In this document: positions 13,030-26,866 of the stretch, piece after piece
How the letters are laid out: each line of letters starts with the position of its first letter
Numbering within the stretch: position 1 is the first letter of the stretch
The notes under the pieces: model-generated
Database searches by the model: none
Seen by the model: the letters and a program-made list of their open reading frames with translations, nothing else
Told to the model about the DNA's origin: nothing
Source of the DNA: Octopus vulgaris
Taxonomy: Eukaryota
Assembly (NCBI GenBank): GCA_951406725.2
Contig: OX597825.1
Span: 14,260,001-14,324,000 of the forward strand
Reading direction: 5' to 3'
DNA length: 64,000 nt
Made by a program: the position numbers and the translations under genes

Positions 13030-13400
13030 TGGGTTCCACGCTAAAGCAACACACTATTATTTAAGTCCTGAAGGAAGGGCACCGACTGTCCTATTTTAAC
13101 AGAAGACTACCGAATTGATCTTTGCAGATATGACATCATTAATAAGGTCAATGCGCACAGGTGTATGAAGAAAATTAGAGAAAGGCAGGCAAGCACTGAG
13201 AATGAAAAAAAAAACGCCATGAAAGACCATGAACTGCGACCACGTATGAGAATCAGCAGCGAGTGGACAAATGGATTCACATAAACAGAGGTTCCGTCAT
13301 TCGTGAGCTCGGTGCAAAGCTGGACAGCGGTCACAATGTATTTCAGACGATAATAGAATGATTTGAGCCTGGAAAGTGTGAGTAACGCTACAGAAAGAGT
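13030..13400 (+). pseudogene. Decayed mariner transposase N-terminal (HTH) fragment
   Basis: Frameshifted ...YLSPEG...NKVNAHRCMKKIRERQASTENE...VDKWIHINRGSVIRELGAKLDSGHNVFQTII. Confidence 0.6.
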
Positions 13401-13544
13401 TAATTTTTTTGATATATTGAAAGAATTTGGCACTAATGAAAACTCGTCTTGTTCCGATCTGGACACATGGTATAACAGTGGGCCTACCATTATGTATATA
13501 AGAGTGCATACATATCTATATAATCAGGTATATATATATATATA

Positions 13545-13710
13545 AATTTATAAATAAGGATAATAATTATTCAATAATATTTTTTGCTAGTCTATTTTGT
13601 CCCTCTGTCTTATCTCATGGTACGATATGATCATTTAACGTGGTTTTTAAAGTCAGGGTTTTGACTGCTATTTCGGCATGGTGGTGTCTCTCAGATACCC
13701 TTATTTTTAG

Positions 13711-13712
<2 letters not shown>
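13545..13712 (-). mobile_element. TA-flanked module with degenerate HHR at 13656-13700
   Basis: Minus: gggtat CTGA-GA GACA ccacca TGCC GAAA tagcag TC aaaaccc. Confidence 0.45.
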
Positions 13713-13782
<70 letters not shown>

Positions 13783-14285
13783 AGAGAGAGAGAGATGAGT
13801 GTACTTTTACCTTGTTAACAATTAACACGCAAAAAATAAGTAAATAGTTACTAGGGGAGCAAATAAACTCCATATAATTTTTCATATATATATATTTATA
13901 TATCCTTATGTATATATATATATATATATATATAAGCTTGTATGTATATACCCAAATGTTTCTAAGCATGTATATATGCACGTATCTGTATACACAAATC
14001 CAAACGTGAGTTTGCATAAAGACTACATCAAATAAAGTCGATACAGAAATGTTGGCTCTGATTAATTCTTCCTTAATTGCATTGCACTATATACTGTTCT
14101 TTGTCGCAATGTACATTGATGCACAATCGCAGGCGTGTCTGAGCGCGTGTGAGCATGTGTAACTCTATTCCTCTTTGCGTGTGTAGCTGAGAGTCTACAA
14201 TGAAGGTTATGCACCGAAGTTCATGCATGTGTGTAATAGGACACACGTATATGCCAAACCATTAATAGAAAAACGTGACCCACTC

Positions 14286-14998
<713 letters not shown>

Positions 14999-15331
14999 TT
15001 TGGAGCGCTTTAATGCACTTGTAAATATAAGGATACGTGCGTTTCCACTTGTCTGTACGTTTCGCTCTTTATTCCATGCACACTTCACTGAAGAGAGATA
15101 TTGTCGATCCAGTCATGCGTACGTATCAGGCTATTTCCTATAAAAGTAAAGGTTACTCTCCGACAATCATAAAGTTACGACACTCGAGCTCCCACTCAAA
15201 TTAATTCTACTTGTATTATTTCAGCATCATTTATCAAAGTCGGAAGAAGTTACTGAAAATGTTAAAAAGATATTTGTTTAAGCGTAGACACGCTTACGCT
15301 CACACACAGAGATATATAGACACACACACAG

Positions 15332-15364
<33 letters not shown>

Positions 15365-15540
15365 ATACCAGTTTAACTCAAATACACATAACTTTAAGTT
15401 TTAGGGCTATAGGACACACCCAGGCCGTTAGATGTTTTAAGAGTTCGGAGAGATGTTTAAAAAGAACTTTTAATGGATTTCAGATATTTAGGCGCCCATT
15501 GGTCAGTTTCGATTACGTAAAGAGCCTAGTTCTCATAACG

Positions 15541-15587
<47 letters not shown>

Positions 15588-16139
15588 CGATTTTGGATTT
15601 GGTTTGCCAGATTCTTTGTATGATTTCATATGTTGAAGTGCAGCAAAATTTAGATTCAAATGAATATGGTACGTAAGTCAGAGGCACCACAATTGTGTAT
15701 GGTATTATCCATATAAATGTATATATGTATGTATGTATGTATATGTATATATATTATGAAGTATACGTGGTGGAATCGTCCAATAGGGATGGGGGTGTTA
15801 CATTTCGGTGCTTTTAACCTATGAATCTAATAGATATACCTTCTCGAGACGAATATCGCAATATCAGACTATCAACAATATATATGCTATAACTATGATA
15901 CACAAATTTCTATTTTCAACTAATACTGCTTTCGTCACTAATAAAGAAAATGAATATTTATTCAACATTCCAGCTAACTGCAATATCATTGATTTTCAAT
16001 CATTGTTTAAATCCATAAGTAGCCGTCGAATGTATCTAAGTAAATGATGCCAGTGAACATTTGTTATTAGTGAAGCACAAAAATGCAGAAATTCGTATTG
16101 AAGAACACCATTGCTCTAAACAGTTGTCTAACAAATTTA

Positions 16140-16562
16140 AATATCTCCCTATGGTGGCATTCTATGTTTTTTTGTCTGGTGAGAAAAATTTCAAACAAGA
16201 GCAAATGTCTAACAGGAATTATGTCAGATAGTTGTATGCAGATAATGCTGGTGTCCCCTAACTGATGCCATCTTGACTTTCAACAGCTATGATGCTTTTA
16301 GATGTGGTGACTGATAATGGGCATGCCATGCTACCTCACATTTTCCACAAGCTACTTTAATTAATGGTGGTAGATACGTTGTGAAGCTGGAGGATTTTAA
16401 ACCTTAAATGGATGAAATCCGCAGTAATGGAATGCGCATTTGAACAAGATTCAGCAACTTATCTCACAGCCCGTATAATTCATTAATAGATATCAATAAT
16501 TACGATTATTTAACTGCAAACTTTTTCTCTCAAACTCAACAGATTTGTATACAATATACCTA
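16140..16562 (+). pseudogene. Decayed Tc1/mariner-superfamily transposase (maT/DD37D-like) catalytic region
   Basis: Frameshifted SGEKNFKQEQMSNRNYVR (cf. FSDEKNF), MMLLDVVTDNGHAMLPHIF, FEQDSA, NSTDL (cf. NSPDLNP). Confidence 0.65.
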
Positions 16563-16570
16563 TTCCTTTA

Positions 16571-16828
16571 CTCAGAACCTAACGGCAGACGAAATACCTA
16601 TTTCTTTACTACCCACAAGAGGCTAAACAGAGAAAACAAACAAGGACAGACAAACGGATTAAGTCGATTATATCGACCACAGTGCGTAACTGGTACTTAA
16701 TTTATCGATCCCGAAAGGATGAAAGGCAAAGTCGACCTCGGAGGAATTTGAACTCAGAACGTAACGGCAGACGTAATACGGCTACGCATTTCGCCCGGCG
16801 TGCTAACGTTTCTGCCAGCTCGCCGCCT
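16571..16828 (-). mobile_element. SINE-A copy with start of a second unit
   Basis: Family match; same tail-to-internal junction as near 1940. Confidence 0.9.
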
Positions 16829-17279
16829 CAAACACATCTGGTTTTTGTTTGATTATTGTTGCTTTATTAAAGTATCAGATACTCCTATCAATCTGTCTGT
16901 CTGTCTGACTGTATGTCTGCTTATCTATATATACACTCACACACACACATATACTGTTTCAGTCATTAAACTGCGGCCATACTGGGGCACAGTTTTAAAG
17001 GATTTTAGTCGAATGCATCCACGTCGGTACTTAATTCTTTGAAGACTTGCATGTATTCAATCGTCACCTTTGCCGAACCGCTACTCAGCGAGTTTAGACA
17101 CAGTAACACCAGTTGTCGAGAAGTGGTGCCACGCAGTGGGGCTGAACCCGGACATTCCGAAGATGGCTTAGCTGACAAAAACTACGAGGTCACAATCAAT
17201 ACCATTTTTGTGATAGTATCACTCGCTTTCATTCACTCCCACTCTATATCTACCTCTCTATCTATCTACTGTCTATCGA

Positions 17280-17318
17280 TACACACACGAATACATATAT
17301 GTATACATACATACATAC

Positions 17319-17383
<65 letters not shown>

Positions 17384-17500
17384 CATACACACATATATAT
17401 ATATATATTTACACAAGAATATGTATAAATATATATATGCATACAGACATATAAATATGTATATATATGTATATATATGTATGTATATATATATGTATGT

Positions 17501-17539
<39 letters not shown>

Positions 17540-17618
17540 TATATATATAGTGATATATATATAGATACACACATGTATACATACATATATATATGTTTAT
17601 ATATATATATATATATGC

Positions 17619-17650
<32 letters not shown>

Positions 17651-17657
17651 GCATATG

Positions 17658-17715
<58 letters not shown>

Positions 17716-17720
17716 CACAT
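17280..17720. repeat. (TA)n/(CATA)n microsatellite
   Basis: Direct inspection. Confidence 0.93.
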
Positions 17721-18138
17721 TGTGAAGGACCTCTATTTGAAGTAACACTTAAAAATTCCAGGTTCAGCTTTATGAATCGTATGAATGGAAGACAATAAAT
17801 CCTTTTAACTGATCAATAGTCGCGGAGGAGTCAGTTTGATCGTTTCTTAATAAAGTACTTAAAGGCAAACTGCTACAAAAATATCCACGAGAAATTCTTT
17901 GAGATGTCTTGTTGATTTACTACTAAATAGAGGATAATGCTTCTGCATCTGGAATCGACAATCTTCTTTATGATACCGCTGCATTGTTATTACAAAAGGA
18001 AAATTTTTATTTTTGTTGTTTTAGTTCTTTTTTTTTCTCTCTCTCTAAACCAGCGGTTCAAGGATTACAGGAATTCTCTGCTTATTCATATTGTGTCATA
18101 TTGCATGGATGGGTTCGTGATTGAGAATGTAAAAGCAG

Positions 18139-18208
<70 letters not shown>

Positions 18209-18429
18209 GTTCACGCTGCATGTGGCAAGTTCAGAATATTTTAAGGTAGATATTAAAGTGGAAATTGCTGAACAAAGACTACCAAACTCTCTGTAAACTT
18301 AACGTTCAAACGAAAAGATGTGAGTCAAAAGTACATTTAAACCAGTGCATACCTTATTACTGATCAGCTACACATACAGGCATTCTTATTTGCCTTCTGT
18401 ATTTACATGCGAACACATAATATATATAC

Positions 18430-18480
<51 letters not shown>

Positions 18481-18516
18481 CACTGATACACATGCACATA
18501 GACACTTATATACATT

Positions 18517-18559
<43 letters not shown>

Positions 18560-18769
18560 ACACATGTACTTATATACATATATATGTGTGAATGTTTGAA
18601 CGTGTGTGTGTGCGCATGTCTTTTAGAAGCAGTAGTACTAATTCCATATGGTGCGCATGTAAATAATACTATGTGGATGTACATACGTATATAGATATAA
18701 TTATTTTATGCTGGTACTAAAGTGTGTCAATTAGGCTTTTTACAATCATTCAATGTTATATATATATAT

Positions 18770-18972
18770 GATAGATCGTTAGCTCCTACACGCATTTTTT
18801 TCTCTCCTTGTTTCTCTCCTTGCTTTTTTTTTCTGTGTATTTTTCTGTCGAAGAGCGTAGGCTCGAAACGTAAAAGACTTGTTCTATTTTCATTCCTGAG
18901 CGCCATACTAATACATTTGTTTTTTTATACTCCACCTGCCTTCGTTTCTTGTTTATTTTCGTAAACCTTCCC

Positions 18973-18973
<1 letters not shown>
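18770..18973 (+). mobile_element. HHR module family B (A6U core), HHR at 18841-18876
   Basis: tttt CTGTCGA a GAGC gtag GCTC GAAA CG TA aaag; bounded by (TA)n; 5 copies in window. Confidence 0.72.
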
Positions 18974-19019
<46 letters not shown>

Positions 19020-19581
19020 CTTTTATCCTTTTACTTGCTTCAGTCATCTGAATGCGGCCATGCTGGAGTGCCGCATTAAAGACTTTTTAGTTCGAAGAAA
19101 TCGACCCCAGGACTTATTGTTTGTAAGCCTAGTATTTATTCTATCGGTCTTTCTTTTGCAGAACCGATAAGTTGCGATTTCTGGACTTAAAACAGCAATT
19201 TTCCCAGGACATTAGAAAGTTTAGTACCCCACAAAAACCCTCCTAGATAAAACTTTCCCTACACCTCCCTCAGTCAAAAACAAGTCTATTTCAACATTCA
19301 TCCACGACGACGAAGCTAAATAACTTAATTTCCTTTTCACTAACCTAAACGGTTTTGCTTAGAGTTGGTTGTGTAAATGTTTGAAGCCTGGCTTCAGTTT
19401 GGAAGCAAGGTCGCCTGATTTAACTGTGGCTGCCATTATTGAGACCAGAGTTTCAAGTAATCATGCTCTTATATTCATTGTCACAACATTACTACCAAGA
19501 CTACCAAGACTTACACACGCACACACATACATATATGCGCACACACACATCCACACTCGCCTACGCACACACCCACATATA

Positions 19582-19955
19582 CTCTTTACTCTTTTACTCT
19601 TTTACTTGTTTCAGTCATTTGAGTGCGGCCATGCTGGAGCACCGCCTTTAGTCGAGCAAATCAAACCCCAGGACTTTGTAAGCCTAGTAATTATTCTATC
19701 GGTCTCTTTTGCCGAACCGCTAAGTTACGGGGACATCGGTTGTCAAGCGATGTTGGGAGGACAAACACAGACACACAAACACACACACATATATATACAT
19801 ATATACGACAGGCTTCTTTCAGTTTCCGTCCACCAAATCCACTCACAAGGCTTTGGTCGGCCCGAGGCTATAGTAGAAGACACTTTGCCCAAAGTGCCAC
19901 GCAGTGGGACTGAACCCGAACCATGTGGTTGGTAAGCAAGCTACTTACCACACAG
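19582..19955 (-). mobile_element. SINE-B near-full copy
   Basis: Family match. Confidence 0.9.
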
Positions 19956-19981
19956 CGCGTGTGAGTGTGTTTGAAGCAGTG

Positions 19982-20764
19982 GTAGTGTTATCAAAATGTT
20001 CTCAGACTAGTTATGTTTTATAAAAAACTCACTTATTTAACCTAATTGTTAACATCTCCTTCGGAATAGTCCCCTTGCACAGCAATACATTGGTTCCAAC
20101 GTTCCTGCTACTTTAAGAATCCGGCCTGGATATCGTTTTCCGCAAGCGAGTCTAGTCCCTTTTCGATTCACTCTCGACCTCAGCATCGTTGTTAAAACGG
20201 CGACCTTTTAGTTGCATTTTCCTCTACGAGAAGAGACGGAATTCCGCAGATCCAATCGCTTTTGGCGTACACCCTGCCTCACACGCTTCAAAACGTCGCA
20301 GTAGAACTCTCAACGTCTGGCCTTGGGGGACGATTTCTCGATGCACAATACCACGTTTCCAGGAGTAACGCTCGTGGTAGATCTTCCAGATCGCCCATCT
20401 TCTTCCAGGTACGTTCTTCCACTTTCGAAACGCCTGTACCCTCGAAAATTTGCGTAAAATCCATTGCTTTGTCCGTCGCTTTAAGCTTACCGAAGCATGC
20501 TCAATGACTTTGTAGCAGACTTCCCCAAGTTTAATGCAAATTTTCACGTTAGCTCTTTGTTCCTGTCCATGAAAAAATCGCAATTTTTAACATACGTGTG
20601 ATCAAAAAGGCAAAAATTTCACAACTTTCGAAGTAAACTCAGTAAAGTCACTCGGCTCAATGCCTCATGAAGATCACTGTCAGCTCTCTCTGCGTTGGCA
20701 AACGAGTGATGCCATCTGTTGGCACGCTACCAATTTAGTCCGGCAACCTATAGATACCACCTAC
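19982..20764 (-). mobile_element. Internally deleted, decayed mariner element
   Basis: EQRANVKICIKLG, RRFESGRTYLEEDGRSGRSTTS, IVHREIVPQGQT, QERWNQCIAVQGDY; degenerate TIRs (gtagtgttatcaaaatgttctcagacta vs gtaggtggtatctataggttgccggacta). Confidence 0.8.
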
Positions 20765-20791
20765 ACATACATATAGACACAGATACATACA

Positions 20792-20977
20792 GATAGATCC
20801 CTAGCCATTACACATTTATTATTTTCTCTCCTTGTTTCTTTCTGTGTTCCTCTGTGTGGAAGAGCGTAAGCTCGAAACGTGAAAGACATTTCTCACTTCT
20901 CGAGCGTTATACTAATACATCTGTTTGTTGTCTATACCACCTGTCTTCATCTTTTGTTTTCTTTTGTGAATTCTCCC

Positions 20978-20980
<3 letters not shown>
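20792..20980 (+). mobile_element. HHR module family B, diverged copy
   Basis: gtgtgga a GAGC gtaa GCTC GAAACGTG aaag; ends in (TA)n. Confidence 0.65.
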
Positions 20981-21024
<44 letters not shown>

Positions 21025-21814
21025 GCGCACATATATACATATATATACACGCGCACATATGAGTGAGTGTGTGTGTGTATGTGCGAGTGTCTGACCTGAC
21101 TCGTTGCATTTGAACCTCTTTGTCTATAGCAAGACATTTTCTCCATGACAAAATATTTAGCTACAATAAATTCTTAACAGATTAGTCTTGCCTATACATT
21201 CAACTAATTGACAATCGTCATTCACACCTGAATTCTAAGCACATCTTGATTGTATTCCATTTACAAATCCCATTTATGATATCATCTACTCTAGTCTCTC
21301 ATCTCATTATATTATATATGTCACAGATTTATAGCTCCTAATATAACAAAGCATTTCATACCAATAATTGAGACGTACTCATGAAGTATCAATGAATATT
21401 GTTAAAATGTTCCAGTCGAAAACATAAATATAATAATAGACAAAGCATTAGCAAAGACATGAATTCACATTGTGTAGGTGAGTGGAGACAAGTTGTGGAG
21501 GAGACAGTAACATAATATTACGGATAAAAAAATTTCTATGCCGAGCTAATTAGAACTAAGTTCTCAAAATGATGTATAAAATTATATCTATTCCCTTAAG
21601 TATTGTGGCACTTATATATCTCAAGCAACAAATATGTGGAGCTAGAATTCACAAAGGTATAAGGAAGATGACCTCGTTACGCGAGACGTTGTACACACAC
21701 ATACGCATTGATGCGTATGCATGAACACTCATAAACCTACATACATATATAGATACATACATACAAACACACAGACACACACGAGTTTTAATTCAATTAA
21801 ATTCTATGTCATTA

Positions 21815-21899
21815 TGCAACTGAGGATTGCTCTGCTTTTAAATTGATGTAATGGTTGCATTATTCAATCAAATGGAGTTGCATGAAACGATCGTACTGC
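21815..21899 (+). ncRNA. Type I hammerhead with long helix II (family C, decayed copy)
   Basis: tgcaa CTGAGGA [~57-nt hairpin] GAAA CGATCG TA ctgc; paralog at 53431-53524. Confidence 0.65.
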
Positions 21900-21929
21900 C
21901 GAGTTGCAGCCCTCTGACTTCTCGTGATT

Positions 21930-22615
21930 GATAATTGCTCCTGTTACCGCTTCCTATTCTCTTAGAGTAGTACCGACCATCTCGATTTCCAAAATGTCCG
22001 ACACTATCACGGTGACGCCGTCCGCATACGCCGACACAAAACTTCCCCGCCCTTCGAAACCTCCAGCTTCCGCAGTAATGGCCTGAGTGGCAGTATGTAG
22101 ATGAGGGTTGAGAGTGGGCATCCTTGACGAACTGAACGTGCGATATTAAATGATTTCGAGAGGTGACCATTTACTTTGACAACCGAACAGATGTCGCTGT
22201 ACATTGCAGCATTCCAGCCCCTGAACACGGGACCTAAATCAACCGCCTTCAGGACAGCCTCCAAGTACAGATTGTCAACCCTATCAAAAGCTTTCGATTA
22301 ATCCAAATAGATCAGGGCCCCACTCATGCCGGGTTCTTTACCAACACTCTCTATGATGTCTCGCGTGTGGTGGAGGTTGTCGTGTATAGTTCTGCTGGGG
22401 ATAACGCAAGTCTGCGTATCACCCACCAGTCTGTCAACGTACAAGCGCCACCCTCTTTGCAAACTCCTTGGCCAAAATTTTGTAATCTGTATTTAGCAGT
22501 GTTATCGGCCTAAAATTATCAACAATGTCCCCTTTGTTCGGATCCTTTCTTAGTAGCGTCTCCAGACCTCGGCTCACAGATCCAGGTGATCTCCCATTCT
22601 GCTACCAGTTGCCGT
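21930..22615 (-). pseudogene. L1/Tx1-clade LINE reverse transcriptase fragment
   Basis: VDNFRPITLLNTDYKILAK, LD*SKAFDRVD, SVRQGCPLS, SAYADGV; stops and frameshifts. Confidence 0.9.
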
Positions 22616-22619
22616 ATAC

Positions 22620-22659
<40 letters not shown>

Positions 22660-22663
<4 letters not shown>

Positions 22664-22897
22664 CTCGAAGGGCAGACCTTATTCAGGGACCTTTTGAGCG
22701 GTATGGGATACTCGACCTGAAGAAAATTCTAACTGAGCCCCACCTGCAAAGTCATGCGCTGTTTATCTTGAAATGACATATGGCTGTGATGCATGTGCCT
22801 GGTGTACCCTTATCAGATGGGTAGTCATGTTGGGTATACTGGGCTTCGTATATTTTACCCCAGTGTCACTTTGATGACGTGCACTGCTCTCTCACTC
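22660..22897 (+). mobile_element. Probable retroposon 3' UTR fragment running into an (AAT)n tail
   Basis: Unique-looking segment between (TA)n and ...ctctcactc(aat)n; family not identified. Confidence 0.35.
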
Positions 22898-22946
22898 AAT
22901 AATAATAATGATAATAATAATAATAATAATAATAATGATAATAATG

Positions 22947-22992
<46 letters not shown>

Positions 22993-23081
22993 TAATAATG
23001 ATAATAATGATAATAATAATAATAATAATGATAACGATAATAATAATAATAATAATAATAATGATAATAATGATAATAATA

Positions 23082-23127
<46 letters not shown>

Positions 23128-23141
23128 TAATGATGATGATG

Positions 23142-23172
<31 letters not shown>

Positions 23173-23182
23173 TAATAATAAC

Positions 23183-23220
<38 letters not shown>

Positions 23221-23268
23221 TAATAATAATAATAACAATAATGATGATGATGATGATGATGATGATGA
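22898..23268. repeat. (AAT)n/(GAT)n trinucleotide microsatellite
   Basis: Direct inspection; source of poly-N/I/L ORFs. Confidence 0.97.
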
Positions 23269-23737
23269 GATCCTTATAGCAATCACCATCATAATCATCA
23301 TTGTTCTTATTACAGTGGGGCTGCGGTTTCTTTGCTTCTCCGCTCCTTTTAACATTCCATTTATATCTCATCGAAGAAGATAAACCACACACACCAAGCA
23401 GAAACACACATACACACTCTCGCGGGGAAGGATTTGCTATACACTCTGAAAACCAGCGAAAATGCAAAAAACAAAAAAAAAAAAAAAGATTTGTCTTAAT
23501 TAAATCACATTGCAACAGAGTAAATGGCGTCACTTCAGCATCTCTATCGCCTCCATCACGGTCATAAATATTTGCTAAACTTTTCTCTTAGATGTTATCT
23601 TTTAATAATTCTGCACTTAACGTTATATCATAAGATACATATACATACATGTACACATAACTATATGCATATATAAAGTTACATACATAAACACACACAC
23701 ACACACACACATATATATGTATATATATACATATATA

Positions 23738-23771
<34 letters not shown>

Positions 23772-24061
23772 CGTGGGCGTGTGTGTGTGTGTGTACGTGT
23801 GTGGATACGTTCATGCTTGCATACCGATATACAGAGAGAAAGTTTTGCAAAATAATAGAAGTTATTGCATAAACTAAAGACACATATTATTAGAAGTGAG
23901 CATATACGTGTGTACAGCAATGAACGTAGATGCAAACCTCGGCACGTTTCCCTATATGTTCAAATCTCGAAATATACACAGCTATTTCAATTAAAACGAT
24001 CCATATATATGCGCAGGCAAACACATACACACACACACATACACACAAACTCACACACACC

Positions 24062-24350
24062 GAAGGTGCATGGCCTAAAGGATAGGCTGTTGTAGTCACG
24101 ATAGATAGATTTTGGGTTCGAATCTGGACCGGGCAAGTAGCTTTGTTCTTCAGCAAATCACTTCTTTTAAACGTCACTCCTGTCCACCCAGCTGTAATTG
24201 AGTAACCCTGCAAGGTGACCGAAGGCCGCAATAGCCTCCCGGTTGGGACGTATTTTGGCCTCCTCACCTGGCCAGTGGGTTGACGTTATTCGAATGCTAA
24301 AACACTCAGAAGTGCATTGTGACCAGCGACGTAAAACAACATCCGATTCT
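24062..24350 (+). mobile_element. Decayed tRNA-derived SINE with D-type (CORE-like) head
   Basis: gaaggtgcatggcc...gggttcgaatc...tgttcttcagcaaatcactt resembles the head of 49545-49878. Confidence 0.6.
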
Positions 24351-24405
24351 TTAGTCGATACTATCACACGCATACACACACACACACATATATATTTAAT
24401 ATACA

Positions 24406-24637
24406 TATTTCTTCAGTACCCACAAGGGGATAAACATAGAGGGGACAAACAAGGAGAGAAAAACGGATTAAGTCGATTATATCGACATCAGTGCGAAACT
24501 GGTACTTTATTTATCGCCCCCGAAATGATGAAAGGCAAAGTCGACCTCGGCGGAATTTGAACTCAGAACGTAACCACAGACGAAATACCGTTAAGTATTT
24601 CGCCCGGAGGTCTAACGTTTCTGCCAGCTCGCCGCCT
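24406..24637 (-). mobile_element. SINE-A copy
   Basis: Family match. Confidence 0.9.
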
Positions 24638-24681
24638 TATATATTTGATATATATATGATATGTATGTATATGTAAATATA

Positions 24682-24753
<72 letters not shown>

Positions 24754-25405
24754 CATATTTGCCGTTCAAATTTAGTAACTTGTGTTTGATGTCATTAAAT
24801 TGAATTAATTTCTGTTTATATTGCTCCATATTTACCCTAGAAACCATCAGTAATAACACTTGCTACAGCTAAATTATTAACAGTAATTACGTAATAATTA
24901 CGCAATTATGTTATCTGTCATCTTATCAATTATACGAAGGTACGGCATTTAACATAACTGATATAATTTTCTATTATTATTAAATACCTTAAAATTACTA
25001 TCCCTGGATATAGGGTGGGCTTTGACTATAAGCAAATATATATTTTTGAGACGACCTGCATTTTTCGGTGTAGGCATGGTGGTGAGATTCACAAGGTGGA
25101 TTTATAGGCTCAGGGTTTTGTGTTCAGTCCCATCACGTGGCATTTCGAAGAAATGATTTGTACTATCACCCAAGGCTGACCAATGCCTTTGTGAGTGACT
25201 TTGGCAAACAGAAATTATGTTGAAGATCGCAGTAATGTGTGTGAGTTATGTGGGTGTATATGTGTGTATGTGTGTGTGTGTGTTTCTATGCATTTGACCC
25301 ACATTTCTTTAAACCGACCGAATAATTACCAAACTTTAAAACATAATTACTGATAAGAAGTTGTTCGACTAAACGTTTCACTGCTGTGTTACACACTATA
25401 TAATA

Positions 25406-25941
25406 TTGGGTTGTCCGGAAAGTTCGTGCCGATTTATAGTAGCTTACCTTTCGACTTATTCCAGAACGTGGTTGAGTCCATAAAATAGGATTTGACTACA
25501 CCTCCATTTAGAAGGTTTATCTTCCTATAACCTGTGTTAATTCTCGAACCCTTTAAAATGGAAGATAAGAAAGTTCATTTTTGGCACTTGATGCTTTGGG
25601 AATCAAACAAAATTTGCTGCAGCTCGGCTGGGATGTGTTACCCCACCCTCCATATTCATCAGAGATTGCTCCTTCGGATTTCTACTTATTCAGGTCTCTG
25701 CGGGATAGTCTTAATGATAAAGATTTAAATTCCTTAGATAATGTAAAATGGTACTTTGATGAATTCTTTGCCATGAAACCACCTCAGTTCTTGGAAGAGG
25801 GAATTTTCAAGTTAGAGGAAAGATGGAGACGCATTGTGCAACAAAATGGTTCATATTTGGTTGATTAAAAATGTAATGGCAAGTATTTATTGACCTTTTT
25901 CTTTCCTTTAAAAATCGTCACGAACTTTCCGGACAACCCAA
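25406..25941 (+). mobile_element. Internally deleted mariner (536 bp) with intact TIRs and TA TSD
   Basis: TIR ttgggttgtccggaaagttcgtgccgattt / aaatcgtcacgaactttccggacaacccaa; MEDKKVHFWHLMLWE joined to LGWDVLPHPPYSSEIAPSDFYLFRSL...RWRRIVQQNGSY. Confidence 0.95.
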
Positions 25942-26005
25942 TATTTACGTATATATATTATAATTATCAAAGTTGAAATTATGGGTAAAAAAAGGAGTAG
26001 GTTGG

Positions 26006-26156
26006 TTATCAGTAATTATGTTTTAAAGTTTGGTAATTATTCGGTCGGTTTAAAGAAATGTGGGTCAAATGCATAGAAACACACACACACACATACACAC
26101 ATATACACCCACATAACTCACACACATTACTGCGATCTTCAACATAATTTCTGTTT
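26006..26156 (-). repeat. 151-bp inverted copy of 25206-25356 between 30-bp direct repeats
   Basis: Reverse-complement identity by inspection; direct repeats 25979-26008 and 26156-26185. Confidence 0.92.
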
Positions 26157-26484
26157 TATGGGTAAAAAAAGGAGTAGGTTGGTTACCATTTTGTGAATAA
26201 TCTATGTCTCCGCCCCATGGCATAATAATTTTCACAATTTAAACAGGTCATGCCAAAAACGAAGCACTGAACTTTACTATGAAACCTTTCAATAAACGAA
26301 TGTTCAAAACATTGCTGTTTTAGAATGTAATCAGCTAGTGGCAATAAAATGCTTACAATTTTTATCAAAATCCCTCCAATATTTGAGGATATTTAAGCAC
26401 AATTGATAAGTCTAAAATTGGGGAAGTAGGTAGCAAATTATACAATATTTCCAGTCCTTTGTGAAGGGATATAAAATGTTTGGC

Positions 26485-26866
26485 CGGTACTCCGTAAATT
26501 ACGACGACGAGGGTTCCAGTTGATCCGATCAACGGAACAGGCTGTTCGTGAAATTAACGTGCAAGTGGCTGAGCACACCACAGACACGCGTACCCTTAAC
26601 ATAGTTCTCGGGGGAGATTCAGTGTGACACAGAGTGTGTCAAGGCTGGTCCTTTGAATTACAGGTACAACAGAAACAGGAAGATAGAGTGAGAGAAAGTT
26701 GTGGTGAAATAGTACAACAGGGTTCGCCACCACCTCTGCCGGAGCCTCTTGGAGCTTTAGGTGTTTTCGCTCAATAAACATTCACAACGCCCGATCTGGG
26801 AATCGAAACCGCGATCCTACGACCGCGAATCCGCTGCCCTAACCACTGGGCCATTGCGCCTCCACA
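26485..26866 (-). mobile_element. SINE-C (tRNA-derived), full copy
   Basis: Minus head GTGGAGGCGCAATGGCCCAGTGGTTAGGG...GGTTTCGATTCCC; flanking aaaatgttt duplication. Confidence 0.9.

Noticed and set aside
22793-23533. Poly-N/D, poly-L, poly-I ORFs
   Set aside because: (AAT)n/(GAT)n microsatellite artefacts
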